DNA of 64,000 nt from a bacterium. Lineage in GTDB: Bacteria > UBA8248 > JACPRG01 > G963555815. A program made the position numbers and the translations under genes. Below the pieces are notes generated by a model. It worked only from the letters and a program-made list of their open reading frames with translations. It did no database searches and had not been told where the DNA came from. The stretch covers positions 992,001 through 1,056,000 of the forward strand of contig CBDHDG010000005.1 of the NCBI GenBank assembly GCA_965261595.1. The letters run 5' to 3'. Positions 45,828-56,661 of this stretch are shown piece by piece. The stretch's first letter is position 1. Every line of letters begins with the position of its first letter.

Positions 45828-46110
45828 TTGAGAAGAACCGGAAACGGTTTACAGAAGAGAAGATTGCAGTCTACTACACGAGCATGAAGCTAGCGGCACG
45901 GCAAAGGAGATCTGCCGTCGCCATGGCTTATTGGACCGGACCTTCTACCGCTGGAAGTCAAAGGAAGGCGGCATGGAGGTGTCGGGACCCGTCGTCTGCG
46001 CGAGTTGAGGGCTGAAAACGGGTAGCTGACATGTCTTCTGCCGAGGTGCATGTGGACAACACCGTTCTCTAGGACTTGCTAAAAATGTGAGGCCAGTGGT
46101 GCGCTCACCC
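45828..46110 (+). pseudogene. Highly degenerate IS3-family (IS407-like) orfA remnant
   Basis: RKRFTEEKIA, EICRRHG and TFYRWKSKEGGMEVS fragments in different frames. Confidence 0.6.
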
Positions 46111-46592
46111 GCCCTACTCCACCGGGAACGGCTCACGGAAGGCAAAAAAAGCGGTCAAGATATTCCTTTCGTCAAAGGACTGTACAATCGGCGGGCACGG
46201 TTACGTCGGTATCGGCAAAACGACGACGCTCAACCGTCCCCATTCCCTTGCGGAAAGCCGGGGCTACAAAGCAATGCCTCGCACCTTCAGTCTCGGCAGC
46301 GCAGACGCTCTGCAGGGAATCCGGAGTAAAGTGTCAAACCCTGCAACGTTTTCTGTCCCGCCATGCCAGGATCGCCGAAGGCCGAGGTGCGGCGAATGGC
46401 ATTCAAAACTTTCGTGCCTCGTTCGCGAAGACGATTCTTGTCTAAGCTTGAAAATCTTACCTACCGTAACGGCTACAATGAGAGCCATCATCAGCCGCAC
46501 GCCGGAACCCGCCAGGACACATCGCGAGGAGCTGAGTTCTTGTCCGTGTCACCGCTCGGGACAATTGACCGGAGCCCGGAGGGCCAAAAGGC

Positions 46593-47261
46593 ATGATACA
46601 TCTCGCCGTAGCCTGCATCATCGGACTCCTGGCCGCTGCCTTCTGCCCCGCAGCCTATGCCCAGCTCTCGGGCACGGCCTCGGTGACGGATGGGGACAGC
46701 CTCAAGGTCTCCGGTCACCGGGTCCGGCTCCACGGCATCGACGCGCCGGAGAGCGCTCAGACCTGCCGGTCTGACGGCAAGCCCTGGAGTTGCGGAAGGG
46801 CCGCCGCGATCGCGCTCCGTAAGCGCCTCGCCGGACGGCCGGTCGTATGCGAGGAACGTGACCGCGACCGCTACGGGCACATCGTGGCGGTGTGTCGAGT
46901 GGCCGGCGAGGATGTCAATGCGTGGATGGTCTCCCAGGGCTGGGCGCTCGCGTACCGTAAATACTCGACCGACTACGTTCCTCAGGAGAGGGCCGCGAAG
47001 GCCGATCGTCGCGGGCTCTGGCGAGGGACGTTCGTGCCCCCGTGGGATTGGCGGCGGGGGAAGCGTCTTCAGGGGGCGGTTCGCACCGGCGCCGGCGAGT
47101 GTCGCATCAAAGGGAACATCAGCCGCACGGGCTCGCGCATCTATCATGTGCCGGGAGGCCGGTCCTATGACCGGACCCGCATCGACACGTCAAAGGGCGA
47201 GCGGTGGTTCTGCACCGAGGCGCAGGCCGAGGCCGCGGGGTGGCGGCGGTCACGAAGGTAA
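46593..47261 (+). CDS. Secreted thermonuclease (SNase) family protein with a C-terminal CxIKGNI domain
   Basis: Signal peptide; DGDSL, RLHGIDAPE, DRYG, IYHVPG, ERWFC. Confidence 0.92.
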   Translation: MIHLAVACIIGLLAAAFCPAAYAQLSGTASVTDGDSLKVSGHRVRLHGIDAPESAQTCRSDGKPWSCGRAAAIALRKRLAGRPVVCEERDRDRYGHIVAVCRVAGEDVNAWMVSQGWALAYRKYSTDYVPQERAAKADRRGLWRGTFVPPWDWRRGKRLQGAVRTGAGECRIKGNISRTGSRIYHVPGGRSYDRTRIDTSKGERWFCTEAQAEAAGWRRSRR

Positions 47262-47520
47262 GCGTGCCCGTCCATGGCTGACCGCCCATACGCCAAATAC
47301 CTTGCCGCCTTCGCACCGTCCGTGGCGTCCGTCACGCCGTCACCGTCGGTCTTGGCACTTCCCTGGCTAGACTCTCTGTCCGCGCGGGTTCGACCCGCTT
47401 TCACCACGAGCCTGCGCCTCGGAACCGGCCGGTGTTCCTCCTTACATGATCCCCATATCGTGTTCGAACCGAATATGGAGCCATCTGGCCGGGCCCCGCA
47501 AAGACTGATAGGCTCGCCCC

Positions 47521-48195
47521 ATGTGCGGACGCTTCACCCAACGTTGTACATGGCCGGAAGTTCAGGCCTTTCTGGACCTGAGCGGCCCGCCTGTGAACCT
47601 CAAGCCCCGCTACAACGTCGCGCCGGGTCAGGACGTCGCGGTCGTCCGTTCGGGCAAGGACGGTCGCCGGCTCTCGATGCTCCGCTGGGGTCTGATCCCC
47701 GGCTGGGCCAGGGACGCCAACATCGGCTACAAGCTGATCAACGCCCGCGCCGAGACGGTCGGCACGAAGCCGGCGTTCCGCGACGCGTACCGGAACCGTC
47801 GCTGCCTCATTCCGGCCGACGGGTTCTATGAATGGACGCGGCAGGGGGCGGTCAGGCAACCGTGGCTGATCGGACTGAAGGGGCGCGCGCTGTTCGCCTT
47901 GGCCGGGCTGTGGGAGCGCTGGTCCGTCCCGGAGGAGAGCGCGCTCAAGGGACCGGGCGAGGCCATCGAGACCTGCGCCATTCTGACGACCGCGACCAAC
48001 GAGGCGGTGGCCTGGGTCCACGACCGGATGCCGGTGATCCTGCCCCCGGAGGCGTTCGAACCGTGGCTGGCGGGCGAGACCGTCGCGCTCGGCCCCTGTC
48101 CTCCGGAGGGGATGACGGTCCACCCCGTGAGCACCCTGGTCAACAAGCCCTCGAACGACGACCCCCGCTGCGTCGAGCCCGTGACCGTCCCGTAG
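47521..48195 (+). CDS. SOS response-associated peptidase (SRAP/YedK/HMCES family)
   Basis: N-terminal MCGRF, RYNVAP, NARAET, GFYEW, HDRMP. Confidence 0.95.
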   Translation: MCGRFTQRCTWPEVQAFLDLSGPPVNLKPRYNVAPGQDVAVVRSGKDGRRLSMLRWGLIPGWARDANIGYKLINARAETVGTKPAFRDAYRNRRCLIPADGFYEWTRQGAVRQPWLIGLKGRALFALAGLWERWSVPEESALKGPGEAIETCAILTTATNEAVAWVHDRMPVILPPEAFEPWLAGETVALGPCPPEGMTVHPVSTLVNKPSNDDPRCVEPVTVP

Positions 48196-48345
48196 GTCCG
48201 GGAGCCCTCACGATTTCCCCCTCGACCGGACACCCGTTCGGTCCCCATTGGTTCTTTCCTCTCCCCGTAAGCGATCCTCGCCGCCGAGAGCCGGAGTCGG
48301 GCCGGGTATCGGGCGAAGGCCGGACGCCCGAGGGGGTGTCCTCCC

Positions 48346-49749
48346 TGGACCGCCCCTGGGTTATTGGACACTCGGGTGAGGGTATTCGACCTCATGCGGC
48401 CTCCGCAACTTGAGCGAGTTTTTCCTGCCTTGCCTGGGCCGGCGTTCGGTAGCCGTAGCCCTCGAGAATCCAATGATGGTTGTACAGGTTCTTGAACTCA
48501 AGCAGCGCCCACCGCAGTTCCTCTACGGTGGCGAAAGAGCGCACCCACAGGAGATTCTCCTTCAAGATGCGGATAAACCACTCACAGTAGCCATTTCCCT
48601 CGGGCGCCCGCACGAAGCTGGGCGAACTGGTCATGCCCAGGTAGGCGATCTCCCGCTGAAAGTCATCGGACAGATAGGCGGGGCCGTGGTCGTGACGAAC
48701 TTTAAGCCCCTCGGCGACGTCCGCCTCCAAGCCGGCGAAGCGCTCGGCGACCCCCTGCCGGATCGGCTCCAGGGCCTCGAAGCGGTTGCCGCTCTTGGCC
48801 GCATGGATCCCCACGCAGTCCACCGAGCAGTGATCCACCGCCACGAACACCGAGGCCATCCCCTCCTCGGTGGTCACCGTCGTCGTCATGTCCGTGCCCC
48901 ACATTCGGTCGGGCCGCTCGGTGCGGATGGTCCCGTTGTGGGCCTTGGGACCTCGGGGTTTGCCCACCCGGTGGGGGGCCTGAAGCCCCGCCTCCCGCAT
49001 CAGGCGACGCACCCGCTCCTTGCTGGTGCGGATGCCCGCGAAGCGCAGCCTCGCCCACACCTTGCGGTAGCCCTCGCCATGGAAGGGAGAGTCCTCCAGG
49101 ACCTGCCGGATGTGGCCGAGGAGTTCCGCATCGGTGCACGGGCCCACAGGGCCGCGCTTATTGGGCGTGGGGCGTTCATGAACGGGGACCGCCTCTCGCC
49201 GCCGTTGCGCGTAGACCGTGGAGCGCGCCAAGCCCCAAAGGGCGCACACCCGCTTCAGGCCGTAGGCTCTGCCCGTGGAGGTGAAGCGGGCCTGACTCAT
49301 CGCCTCCACCTCCTGCCGGCTAAAGGGCGGCCGGCCTCCAGGCGGTCGATCTTCTCCCGCAGGACCTCGCCCTCCATCGTGAGTTCGCCCACCTTGGCCT
49401 TGAGCCGGGCGTTCTCCTCGTCCCGCTCATCCGCCGGGCGGGCTTTGAGCGCCGCCTCGCCCCCGCGAAGGAACGCCTCGCGCCAGGCGGAAAGCCGAGC
49501 CGCTGTCGTGCCCAACTCGCGGCAGAGCGTCTCCAGGCTCTCGCCCCGCAAAAGACGCAGGACCGCCTCCCGCTTGCGCTGGCAGGAGAACCGACCCCGC
49601 TCACTGCGATGCCCTGGGGCCTTGGCTCCGTTCGCCCTGCGGGCGCCCTCCGCCAAAGCCCCCTCTTGCTTTTGTTCGTTCATCGCGACACCCCTTTCTC
49701 CATGAATCATGGATCAATCGAGTGTCCAACAAAACCCTAGAGCGGGGGA
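48346..49749 (-). mobile_element. IS2-like element, copy 6, in the leader of the AAA ATPase gene
   Basis: TSD TCCC; ends 33 bp before the ATG at 49783. Confidence 0.95.
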
Positions 49750-49963
49750 TCCCCTCGATCTCCCTTCTCTCCGGAGTTGCCCATGACCGACACCATCTCC
49801 GCCGACTACACGCTTCGTCCGAGCGAGCTCGCCAAGACCCTCACCCTGCTGGTCGAGTCCCGCCAGCCGGCCATCGTCTGTAATGGCGATTCCCGCGTAA
49901 TGGAGAGTGGGTGTGCTCCGGCCCCGTGGACTGCGGATTAGGGACCGAAGCAACTTCCCATTT

Positions 49964-50965
49964 CTATTTCAGCTTGTCTTCGTTCAGTATCCTCATCAAC
50001 CGGTCCCTCGCATCGATGAAGACCCCCTTGCGGATCGACGGAGGCCGTCGTGCAGCAAGTATGTCGAGCTTTTCCAATGGATCTGCCCGGACATAGATCT
50101 CCGTACTTTGGACGCTTGCATGACCCAACCAGGTCGAGACTTTGCGGATGTCGCCGACGCCTTCGTAGGTATTCATGGCGCAGCTGTGCCGAAGCACGTG
50201 GGGGGTGATGCGCTTGGTAGCGATCGACGGTACTGATCGCCGAGCAGTGTCCGCATGCCGCTTCAGACGGTGAGCGAAGCCGTGGCGGGTCATGACCACC
50301 CCGCGGGCGTTGAGGAACAGGTAGGGGCTGGTCGCCTCAGGACGTATCGCGAGCCAGTCCCGGAGCACCGATCGTGTCTGCGCCCACAGTGGGAGTACGC
50401 GTTCGCGGCGCCCCTTTCCGCGGATGCGGACGAGGTTGAGACCGGGTTGCTCGAGATCGTGGCATGTAACGCCCACCAACTCCGACACTCGCAGTCCAGC
50501 CGCATAGGCAAGGTGGAGCATCGCGCGGTCGCGTATTCCCGCACGCGTCGACGGATCCGGTGCGTCAAGCACGGCCTGTACTTCATTGTGGTCGAGGTAG
50601 TCGACCAATGGTTGGTTGCGGCGCTTAAGCGGAATCGCGTGGACTTGGGCTGCCAAGTGAAGACATGCCGGCGCCCGATGCTCGAGAAATCGGAAGAAGG
50701 ATTTAATCGCGGCCAGCCGTACATTGCGTGTTCCAATCGTGTTTCCTCGGTCCCGCTCCAGGTGTTCGAGGAAGTCGAGGATGACTTCGGCCGTCAACTG
50801 CTCGATCGTGAGCGTACAAGCCCGAACGCGAAGCCTGTTTTCGGCGAAGTCAATGAACTGTAGGAAGCTCACCGAGTAACTATCGATAGTATGCTGACTC
50901 GCGCCACGATCGCGCGGCAGATATTCGTACAGGAACTTGCTGATATGGGGGGAAAGCGCGGTCAT
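49964..50965 (-). CDS. ritC: Tyrosine recombinase RitC
   Basis: GLRVSEL, GKGRRER, PHVLRH, WLGH, TEIY. Confidence 0.9.
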   Translation of the reverse strand: MTALSPHISKFLYEYLPRDRGASQHTIDSYSVSFLQFIDFAENRLRVRACTLTIEQLTAEVILDFLEHLERDRGNTIGTRNVRLAAIKSFFRFLEHRAPACLHLAAQVHAIPLKRRNQPLVDYLDHNEVQAVLDAPDPSTRAGIRDRAMLHLAYAAGLRVSELVGVTCHDLEQPGLNLVRIRGKGRRERVLPLWAQTRSVLRDWLAIRPEATSPYLFLNARGVVMTRHGFAHRLKRHADTARRSVPSIATKRITPHVLRHSCAMNTYEGVGDIRKVSTWLGHASVQSTEIYVRADPLEKLDILAARRPPSIRKGVFIDARDRLMRILNEDKLK

Positions 50966-51885
50966 CTCAAGATCCTCCCCACATGTGTGTTTTCAGCAGC
51001 GCGGGCGATCTCCCGGAGCAGGACGGGCGTGGCTTCCAGATACCAGTAGGTCGAGGCCATGCTGACGTGACCGAGATAGGTGGATAACGCCAGGACGTGT
51101 CGGCTGACGCTGTCGCGATCGACCGCGACTGCGTTCTCAAGCGAACGCGTGGCGAATCCATGTCGCAAATCGTGCAGTCGCGTACCCGGCTCCCCTGGAC
51201 TACCGCGGTAGCCGAGTTGCCTGGCGAGTCTGAGGAGGATCTTCGAGAGAGTGCTGTGATGAGGGGGTTTGCCGTTGGAGAGAACGAACAGGTGTTCGTC
51301 GCATCCGCCCTTGCGCATCCTGATCTCAAGATACTCGCTCAGCGCGTTGCTCGTACTCTCGTGAAGGGGAACCAACCGCGATTTTCCGAGCTTGGATTGT
51401 CTGACCACCAGCCCATCGGGGGTGATGTCGGTCAGCTTCAAGGCGAGCCCTTCCGAGAGACGCAATCCCGTCGAGGCAAGCAGCCCGATCATGTAGTGGT
51501 ACGTGTAACCGTTGAGCGGACCTGTGCTTCTCATTAACAACGCCGCGTCCATGATCTCCTTGACCTGGACCGCGCTCAGGAGATGAGGGGAGGATCTCCT
51601 CACCGGCACTCGGCCGAGGGCAACCGGCGAGGGAACCTCGTGGCGTTGGTCCTCAGCGTGAAGCCACACGGCCAAGCCACGAACCATTCGCAGGCGGATG
51701 CGTGCTTGGCCAGCTGTCGATGTCTTGCGGACCCAAGCGATCACCGAGGCGGCTCGGATGAAGCCATCGCTGCAGGCGACGGCCTCATGCGCAAAAGCTC
51801 GCAGTGTCCGAGCGTCCTCGACGAACTTGAACCCCAGATGGCGCTTGAAGGTGATGTACCGCTCCACGTTGTCGATCATGTTCAT
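50962..51885 (-). CDS. ritB: Tyrosine recombinase RitB
   Basis: GLRLSE, SKLGKSRLVPLH, HDLRH, LSTYLGH, TYWY. Confidence 0.9.
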   Translation of the reverse strand: MNMIDNVERYITFKRHLGFKFVEDARTLRAFAHEAVACSDGFIRAASVIAWVRKTSTAGQARIRLRMVRGLAVWLHAEDQRHEVPSPVALGRVPVRRSSPHLLSAVQVKEIMDAALLMRSTGPLNGYTYHYMIGLLASTGLRLSEGLALKLTDITPDGLVVRQSKLGKSRLVPLHESTSNALSEYLEIRMRKGGCDEHLFVLSNGKPPHHSTLSKILLRLARQLGYRGSPGEPGTRLHDLRHGFATRSLENAVAVDRDSVSRHVLALSTYLGHVSMASTYWYLEATPVLLREIARAAENTHVGRILR

Positions 51886-53426
51886 TGGACGTCTCCTATC
51901 CAGGGCTGCGCCACTTCCTGGAGCATGGGGACATTGACCTTGGCGTAGATCGCGGTGGTGTTCGGCAAGCGGTGCCTCAGCAACGTGCCGACAGTCTCCA
52001 GCGAGGCTCCGGACCGCAGCAGACCGGTCGCCGTGGAGTGCCGGAACAGTTGGGCGCCCCTCGGACTCGCCTCGTGCATTCCTGCTCGATCCAGAGCTCG
52101 ACACACGATGTGGGTAACAACTCTGGAAGAACGGAATGGCACATGCGGCGCCAGCACCCGCAGGAACAACTTGCTCTCATCGATTCGAGGCCGTGCCTTC
52201 TCGATGTAGTCGAGGATCGCGTCTCCGGCATCCTGGGGAAGCGGCAACTGAACCGATCTCTTGGACTTCCCGCTGACCTTGACGAGGGCCTTTGTCCAAT
52301 CGATGTCGTCCAACCGCAGCTCGCAGATGTCGCCTCCGCGAAGCGCCAGCCTGGCCAGAAGCAGCAAGACCGCCCGGTCGCGAACTCCCGCCGCTGTCCT
52401 GGCGTTGCACGACGCGATCACCCGTTCGATATCATCGGTTGGGATGTAGCGGGGGAGGGTCGCAAGTCTCCATTGCGGCACCGATGGCACGGCGTTGACG
52501 AGTTCCGGTCGACACGCTCCATTCGAGGCGAGGAATCGCAGATACATGCGCAGGGCTTTCGTCATCTCCCGCGCGTATTCCGGCGCGATCTTCGTGAAAC
52601 GGCTCAACATGACATCCATGATGAGAGCCGCGTCGTAGTGCCGAGAATCATCTCCCAGCTCGGGCAAGAACAAAGAGAGGGTCTTCACATACTTGCGAAT
52701 GGTGACGTCCCCGATGCCGCGATGCCGGCGGAGCCATGAACGGAACCCCGACATTGCGGCGCCGGAATCTTCGACAGGGAAAGCGTCCGGCATCACCCCG
52801 CTGGTGAAGAGGAACCGTAGAAACGCCTTGATGGAGCCGATATGCCGAGACTTCCGTTTTTCTATGTTGCGCATCCTCCACGGGCAGACACAGTCATGGT
52901 CGACAAACCGTTCCAGGGTGCTGGCGTTCACCTCCGCCAAAGGAATACGGCACTGGTGGAGCCAGGTCAGAAAGTGGTGGCATCTGTAGTGATAGGACTT
53001 GAGCGCCCGGGGCCTATAGCCTTCGCCGCCCAACTGGACGAGATACTCATCGAGGAGGCATAAACCGTCGGCGAGCTCGCCAGGATGCCGGACACGACCG
53101 GTGTGCTCGGCGAACCGGACGAGCCAGCGAGTGCAATTCATTAGCAGCGTTACACGTATCTGAGCCGGCCTCGAATGTTCGCGTCGCTTCAGAATCTCCT
53201 GGCAGTACTCATCCCGAAATCGGCGTAGTACGGCGTCATCGACTGATTCGATCGCCGTACCGTCAGCCTGCAGCCAAATCAGCACCTCCTTGGCAACACG
53301 GCCAAGCTTCCAAATTTGACTCTGACCAAGCCCCGCCTCCTTGAGGTAGGTCACGAACTCCTGAATGAACGGTCCGAACGGTCCCCCGACATATCCAGCC
53401 TTCCTTCCTGTCTTGCGTGACGGCAT
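51882..53426 (-). CDS. ritA: Tyrosine recombinase RitA (long N-terminus)
   Basis: LARLALRGGD, LPLPQDAG, QLFRH, LRH, TTAIYAKV, VAQPW. Confidence 0.88.
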   Translation of the reverse strand: MPSRKTGRKAGYVGGPFGPFIQEFVTYLKEAGLGQSQIWKLGRVAKEVLIWLQADGTAIESVDDAVLRRFRDEYCQEILKRREHSRPAQIRVTLLMNCTRWLVRFAEHTGRVRHPGELADGLCLLDEYLVQLGGEGYRPRALKSYHYRCHHFLTWLHQCRIPLAEVNASTLERFVDHDCVCPWRMRNIEKRKSRHIGSIKAFLRFLFTSGVMPDAFPVEDSGAAMSGFRSWLRRHRGIGDVTIRKYVKTLSLFLPELGDDSRHYDAALIMDVMLSRFTKIAPEYAREMTKALRMYLRFLASNGACRPELVNAVPSVPQWRLATLPRYIPTDDIERVIASCNARTAAGVRDRAVLLLLARLALRGGDICELRLDDIDWTKALVKVSGKSKRSVQLPLPQDAGDAILDYIEKARPRIDESKLFLRVLAPHVPFRSSRVVTHIVCRALDRAGMHEASPRGAQLFRHSTATGLLRSGASLETVGTLLRHRLPNTTAIYAKVNVPMLQEVAQPWIGDVQ

Positions 53427-53555
53427 CGCCTTGCTCCTCTCGTTGATGAAACAGCGGAGGAGCACCGTACAGAAATGGGAAGTTGCTTCGGCCCCTAATC
53501 CGCGGTCCACGGGGCCGGAGCACACCCACTCTCCATTACGCGGGAATCGCCATTA

Positions 53556-53587
53556 CAGACGTAATGTTGAGCTCAACATTACGTCTG
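53556..53587. repeat. Perfect 32-bp palindrome at the RIT junction
   Basis: CAGACG-TAATGTTGAG-CTCAACATTA-CGTCTG. Confidence 0.97.
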
Positions 53588-54533
53588 GGGGCCGCCGGGG
53601 TGCGCCAAGAGCCAGATCGCCCAACAGGTGGCCGTCGATACAGGGCGCGAGTATATCGACGTCCGGGCGTTGCTTCTCGACCCCGTGGACCTGCGCGGCA
53701 TCCCCTGGCGCGACGGTTCGGACCGCACCCGCTGGGCCCCCCCGGCCTTCCTGCCGCCGTCCGATATGGACGGGCGCTGGCTCGTCAACCTGGAGGAGCT
53801 GCCCTCGGCCGTGCCCATGGTCCAGGCGGCCCTGTACCAGCACGTGCTCGACCGGCGCTGCGGCGAGTACGAGCTCCCCGAGGGCGCCTCTCTCATCGCT
53901 TGCGGCAACCGGGAGACCGACCGGGGCGTCACCCACCGCATGCCCACCCCGCTGGCCTCCAGGTTCGTCCACCTGGAGATCCGGGTGGACGTTCCGGACT
54001 GGTGCGCCTGGGGAGCGGCCAATGGTATTGCCCCCGAAGTGCTCTTCTTCATCCAGATGCGGCCCGAGCTGCTGCACCAGTTCGACCCGCAGTCGAGGGA
54101 GAAGGCCTTTCCGTGTCCGAGGACCTGGGAGTTCGTCTCCAACATCGTGCGCCAAAGGAACGGCCTCGATGCCGCCTCCGGGCGCGCCCTGTTCCGGGGG
54201 GCCGTGGGCGAGGCCGCCGCGGTCGAGTTCTCGGCCTTCCTCAAGGTCTGGCGGGAGCTGCCCCATCCCCGAACCGTGATCGACGATCCCGAGAACGCGG
54301 CCATCCTCGACAACGCCAGCGCCCTGATCGCCCTCTGCGGGTCGCTCTACAGATTGGCCGACGACATCAACCTGGGGTCCATCGTCGCCTACGCCAAAAG
54401 ACTCAGGCGCGAGGTCGGCGAGTTCCTCGTGGGCTCCTGCATCCGCCGCGATCCGGACCTTCAGCACAGTCCCGCCTTCATCCGCTGGGCCGCCGTCAAA
54501 ACCCGGTGACACCCTGTTTCGGAGATCAACGCC

Positions 54534-55432
54534 ATGAACCTCACCCAGGACGCCATGCTCGTGAGCCTCCGGATCAACGCCTGGTCCGGCAGGCTCCATG
54601 ACCGCCAGGCCAGCCGCCACGTGGCCATCCACCACGACGCCAGCGCCAGCGCCGGCCGCTACAACAAGCGGCTCCTGCCCAAGGCCGCCTTCGCCGCCTT
54701 GACCGCCACCATGAGCCAGGCGCGGACCACCCATTACGAGAACACCCTGCCCTGGGACGACAGGGAAGCCGGCTCCTGACCGTCGCCAACTATGAGCGCT
54801 ACACGGAGTTGCTGGACGCGCTGGGGGAGCGCGTGGCGCGCGAGCGGACCCGCTTCATCGAGGACTATGACGACCACATCGATCAGGCCCGTCTCGATCT
54901 GGGGCGCCTTTTCCGCATCGAGGACTATCCCTCCAAGGAGGCGCTACGGAACAGGTTCTCCATCGCCTACCGGATCGTCCCAGTGCCCGACGCGGACCAC
55001 TTCATGGCGAAGCTCGCCGCCGCCGACACCGAACGGGTCAAGCGCGACATCGAGCGCCGGATCGAGGAGCGCCTCCACGACGCCGTAGGTGACCTCTACC
55101 GGCGCCTGGGTGAGGCGGTCGAGCACGTGTCCGAGCGCCTGCGCGAGGACGGAGAGGGAAAACCCCTGGTGTTCCGCGACAGCCTGATCGAGAACATCCG
55201 GAGCCTGGTCGACGTTGTGCCCCGGCTCAACATCTTCGGCGACGACGAGCTGGCCCGGCTGTGCGAGCAGGTGAAGGACCGCATATCCGGCGTCGATCCG
55301 GACACGCTCCGTCCGTCGCGGACCTTCGATCCCGCTGTCCGCGCCCGGGTCAAGCGCGACGCCGACGCGCTGACGACGCAGTTCGCCGGCTACTTCGCGC
55401 CGGTCGACGCGGACGGCAGGGAGGCGGCCTGA
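54534..55432 (+). CDS. DUF3150-like protein with a 1-bp frameshift near 54761
   Basis: MLVSLRINAWSG...TLPWDD, then (Q)GSRLLTVANY...FRDSLIEN in the next frame; lies between the AAA and VWA genes. Confidence 0.65.
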
Positions 55433-56661
55433 TGGACGAATCCAGGCGACGGATGAGCGACTGCGTGACCGCGCTCCTTCGAGACCAGCCCTTCTTCGGA
55501 AGCCTCGCGTTGCGGCTGCCCATTCGCGCCGACGCCGGCCGCGAGACCCTGGCCAGCGACGGGCGGGACATCCGCTATTCGCCTGAATGGGTCGCGGACA
55601 CGAACGCCGATCTCATCAAGACCGCGCTCGGCCGCGTGGTCCTGGCCTGCGCGCTCAAGCACCACACGAGAAGGGGAGACCGGGAACCGGAGCGCTGGCA
55701 GCTCGCCTCGCAGCTCGTCACGTACGGGCTCCTGCGGGACGCGGGCTTCGTCCTGCCGCCCGACGCCGAGGCCTGGGACGGCGTCAGCGTGGAGCAGGCC
55801 TACGACCGGCTCCCAAAGCCGCAGGACGACGGAACAGGACAGGACGGCGCATCGCGGTCCGTGAGCGGGGACAACGCCGGCAACGCGGCCGGCCCGCAAC
55901 CGGACGGCCATGATGACGGTTCCGACAGCCCCGCCGTTGACGGCCATCGACAAGGCCCGGAGGGTTCCGGCACGGGCGACGGGACCGACGGACCGCCGAG
56001 CTTCGATCCGAGCGGCACGGGCGAGGTCATGGACGCCGGCGCCCGTTGCGACGCCGGTGAGACGGACGACCCGCTCGACACAATGGCCGAGGAGCAGGCG
56101 TGGGACGAAGCCATGCACCAGGCCGCGAGCCTCGCCAAGGCCCAGGGCAAGACGCCGGGCGCCGTCGAGGAGACGATCCGAAACGCCCACCACAGCGTCC
56201 TCGACTGGCGGGCCCTGCTCCGCCGCTACATGACCGACGCCGCGCGGAGCGACTACACCTGGAGCCTCCCCAACCGCCGCTTCATCGACGGCGGCCTCTA
56301 TCTCCCCTCGATCCGTTCCGAGGGCATCGAGGCCATCGCCGTCATCATCGACACCTCGGCCTCTTTGCGGCCAGAGACCCTCTCGATGTTCTGGGCCGAG
56401 GTCCGGGAGATGGCCGCCGAGCTCCGGCCCGAGAGCGTCGTGGTCCTTCAGGTCGACGCCGCCCTGCAGGACGTCACCGAGCATTCGGCCGGCGACCTGC
56501 CCGAGAGCATCGTATTGAAGGGCAGGGGCGGCACGGATTTCCGGCCCGGATTCGAGTATCCCCATGAGCATGGACATCGGCCGGGCTGCTGCCTCTACCT
56601 GACCGACATGGAGTGCCGCAGCTACCCAGAGACCGAGCCAAACTACCCGGTGATCTGGTGC
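55432..56661 (+). pseudogene. DUF2201-type protein (peptidase-like N-domain plus VWA), C-terminus replaced by a second RIT
   Basis: QPFFGSL, KHHTRRG, YLPS, IIDTSAS (MIDAS), GRGGTDF, YLTD, then YPVIWC and the palindrome. Confidence 0.85.

Larger units (their letters stand above)
49881..53581 (-). mobile_element. RIT (recombinase-in-trio) element with 85-bp terminal IRs and an adjacent palindrome
   Basis: Three ATGA-coupled tyrosine recombinases; IRs 49881-49965 and 53471-53555 (2 mismatches); flanked by CGTCTG direct repeats. Confidence 0.93.
49783..54509 (+). pseudogene. MoxR-like AAA+ ATPase interrupted by a RIT element just before Walker A
   Basis: 49783-49874 plus 53582-54509 gives 339 aa: ...QPAIVWGPPGCAKS...LEELP...ACGN...LASRF...PCPRTW. 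Confidence 0.88.

Noticed and set aside
47430..47480. LexA box upstream of the SRAP gene
   Set aside because: GTTC/GAAC half-sites are present, but the spacing fits no consensus I can confirm.
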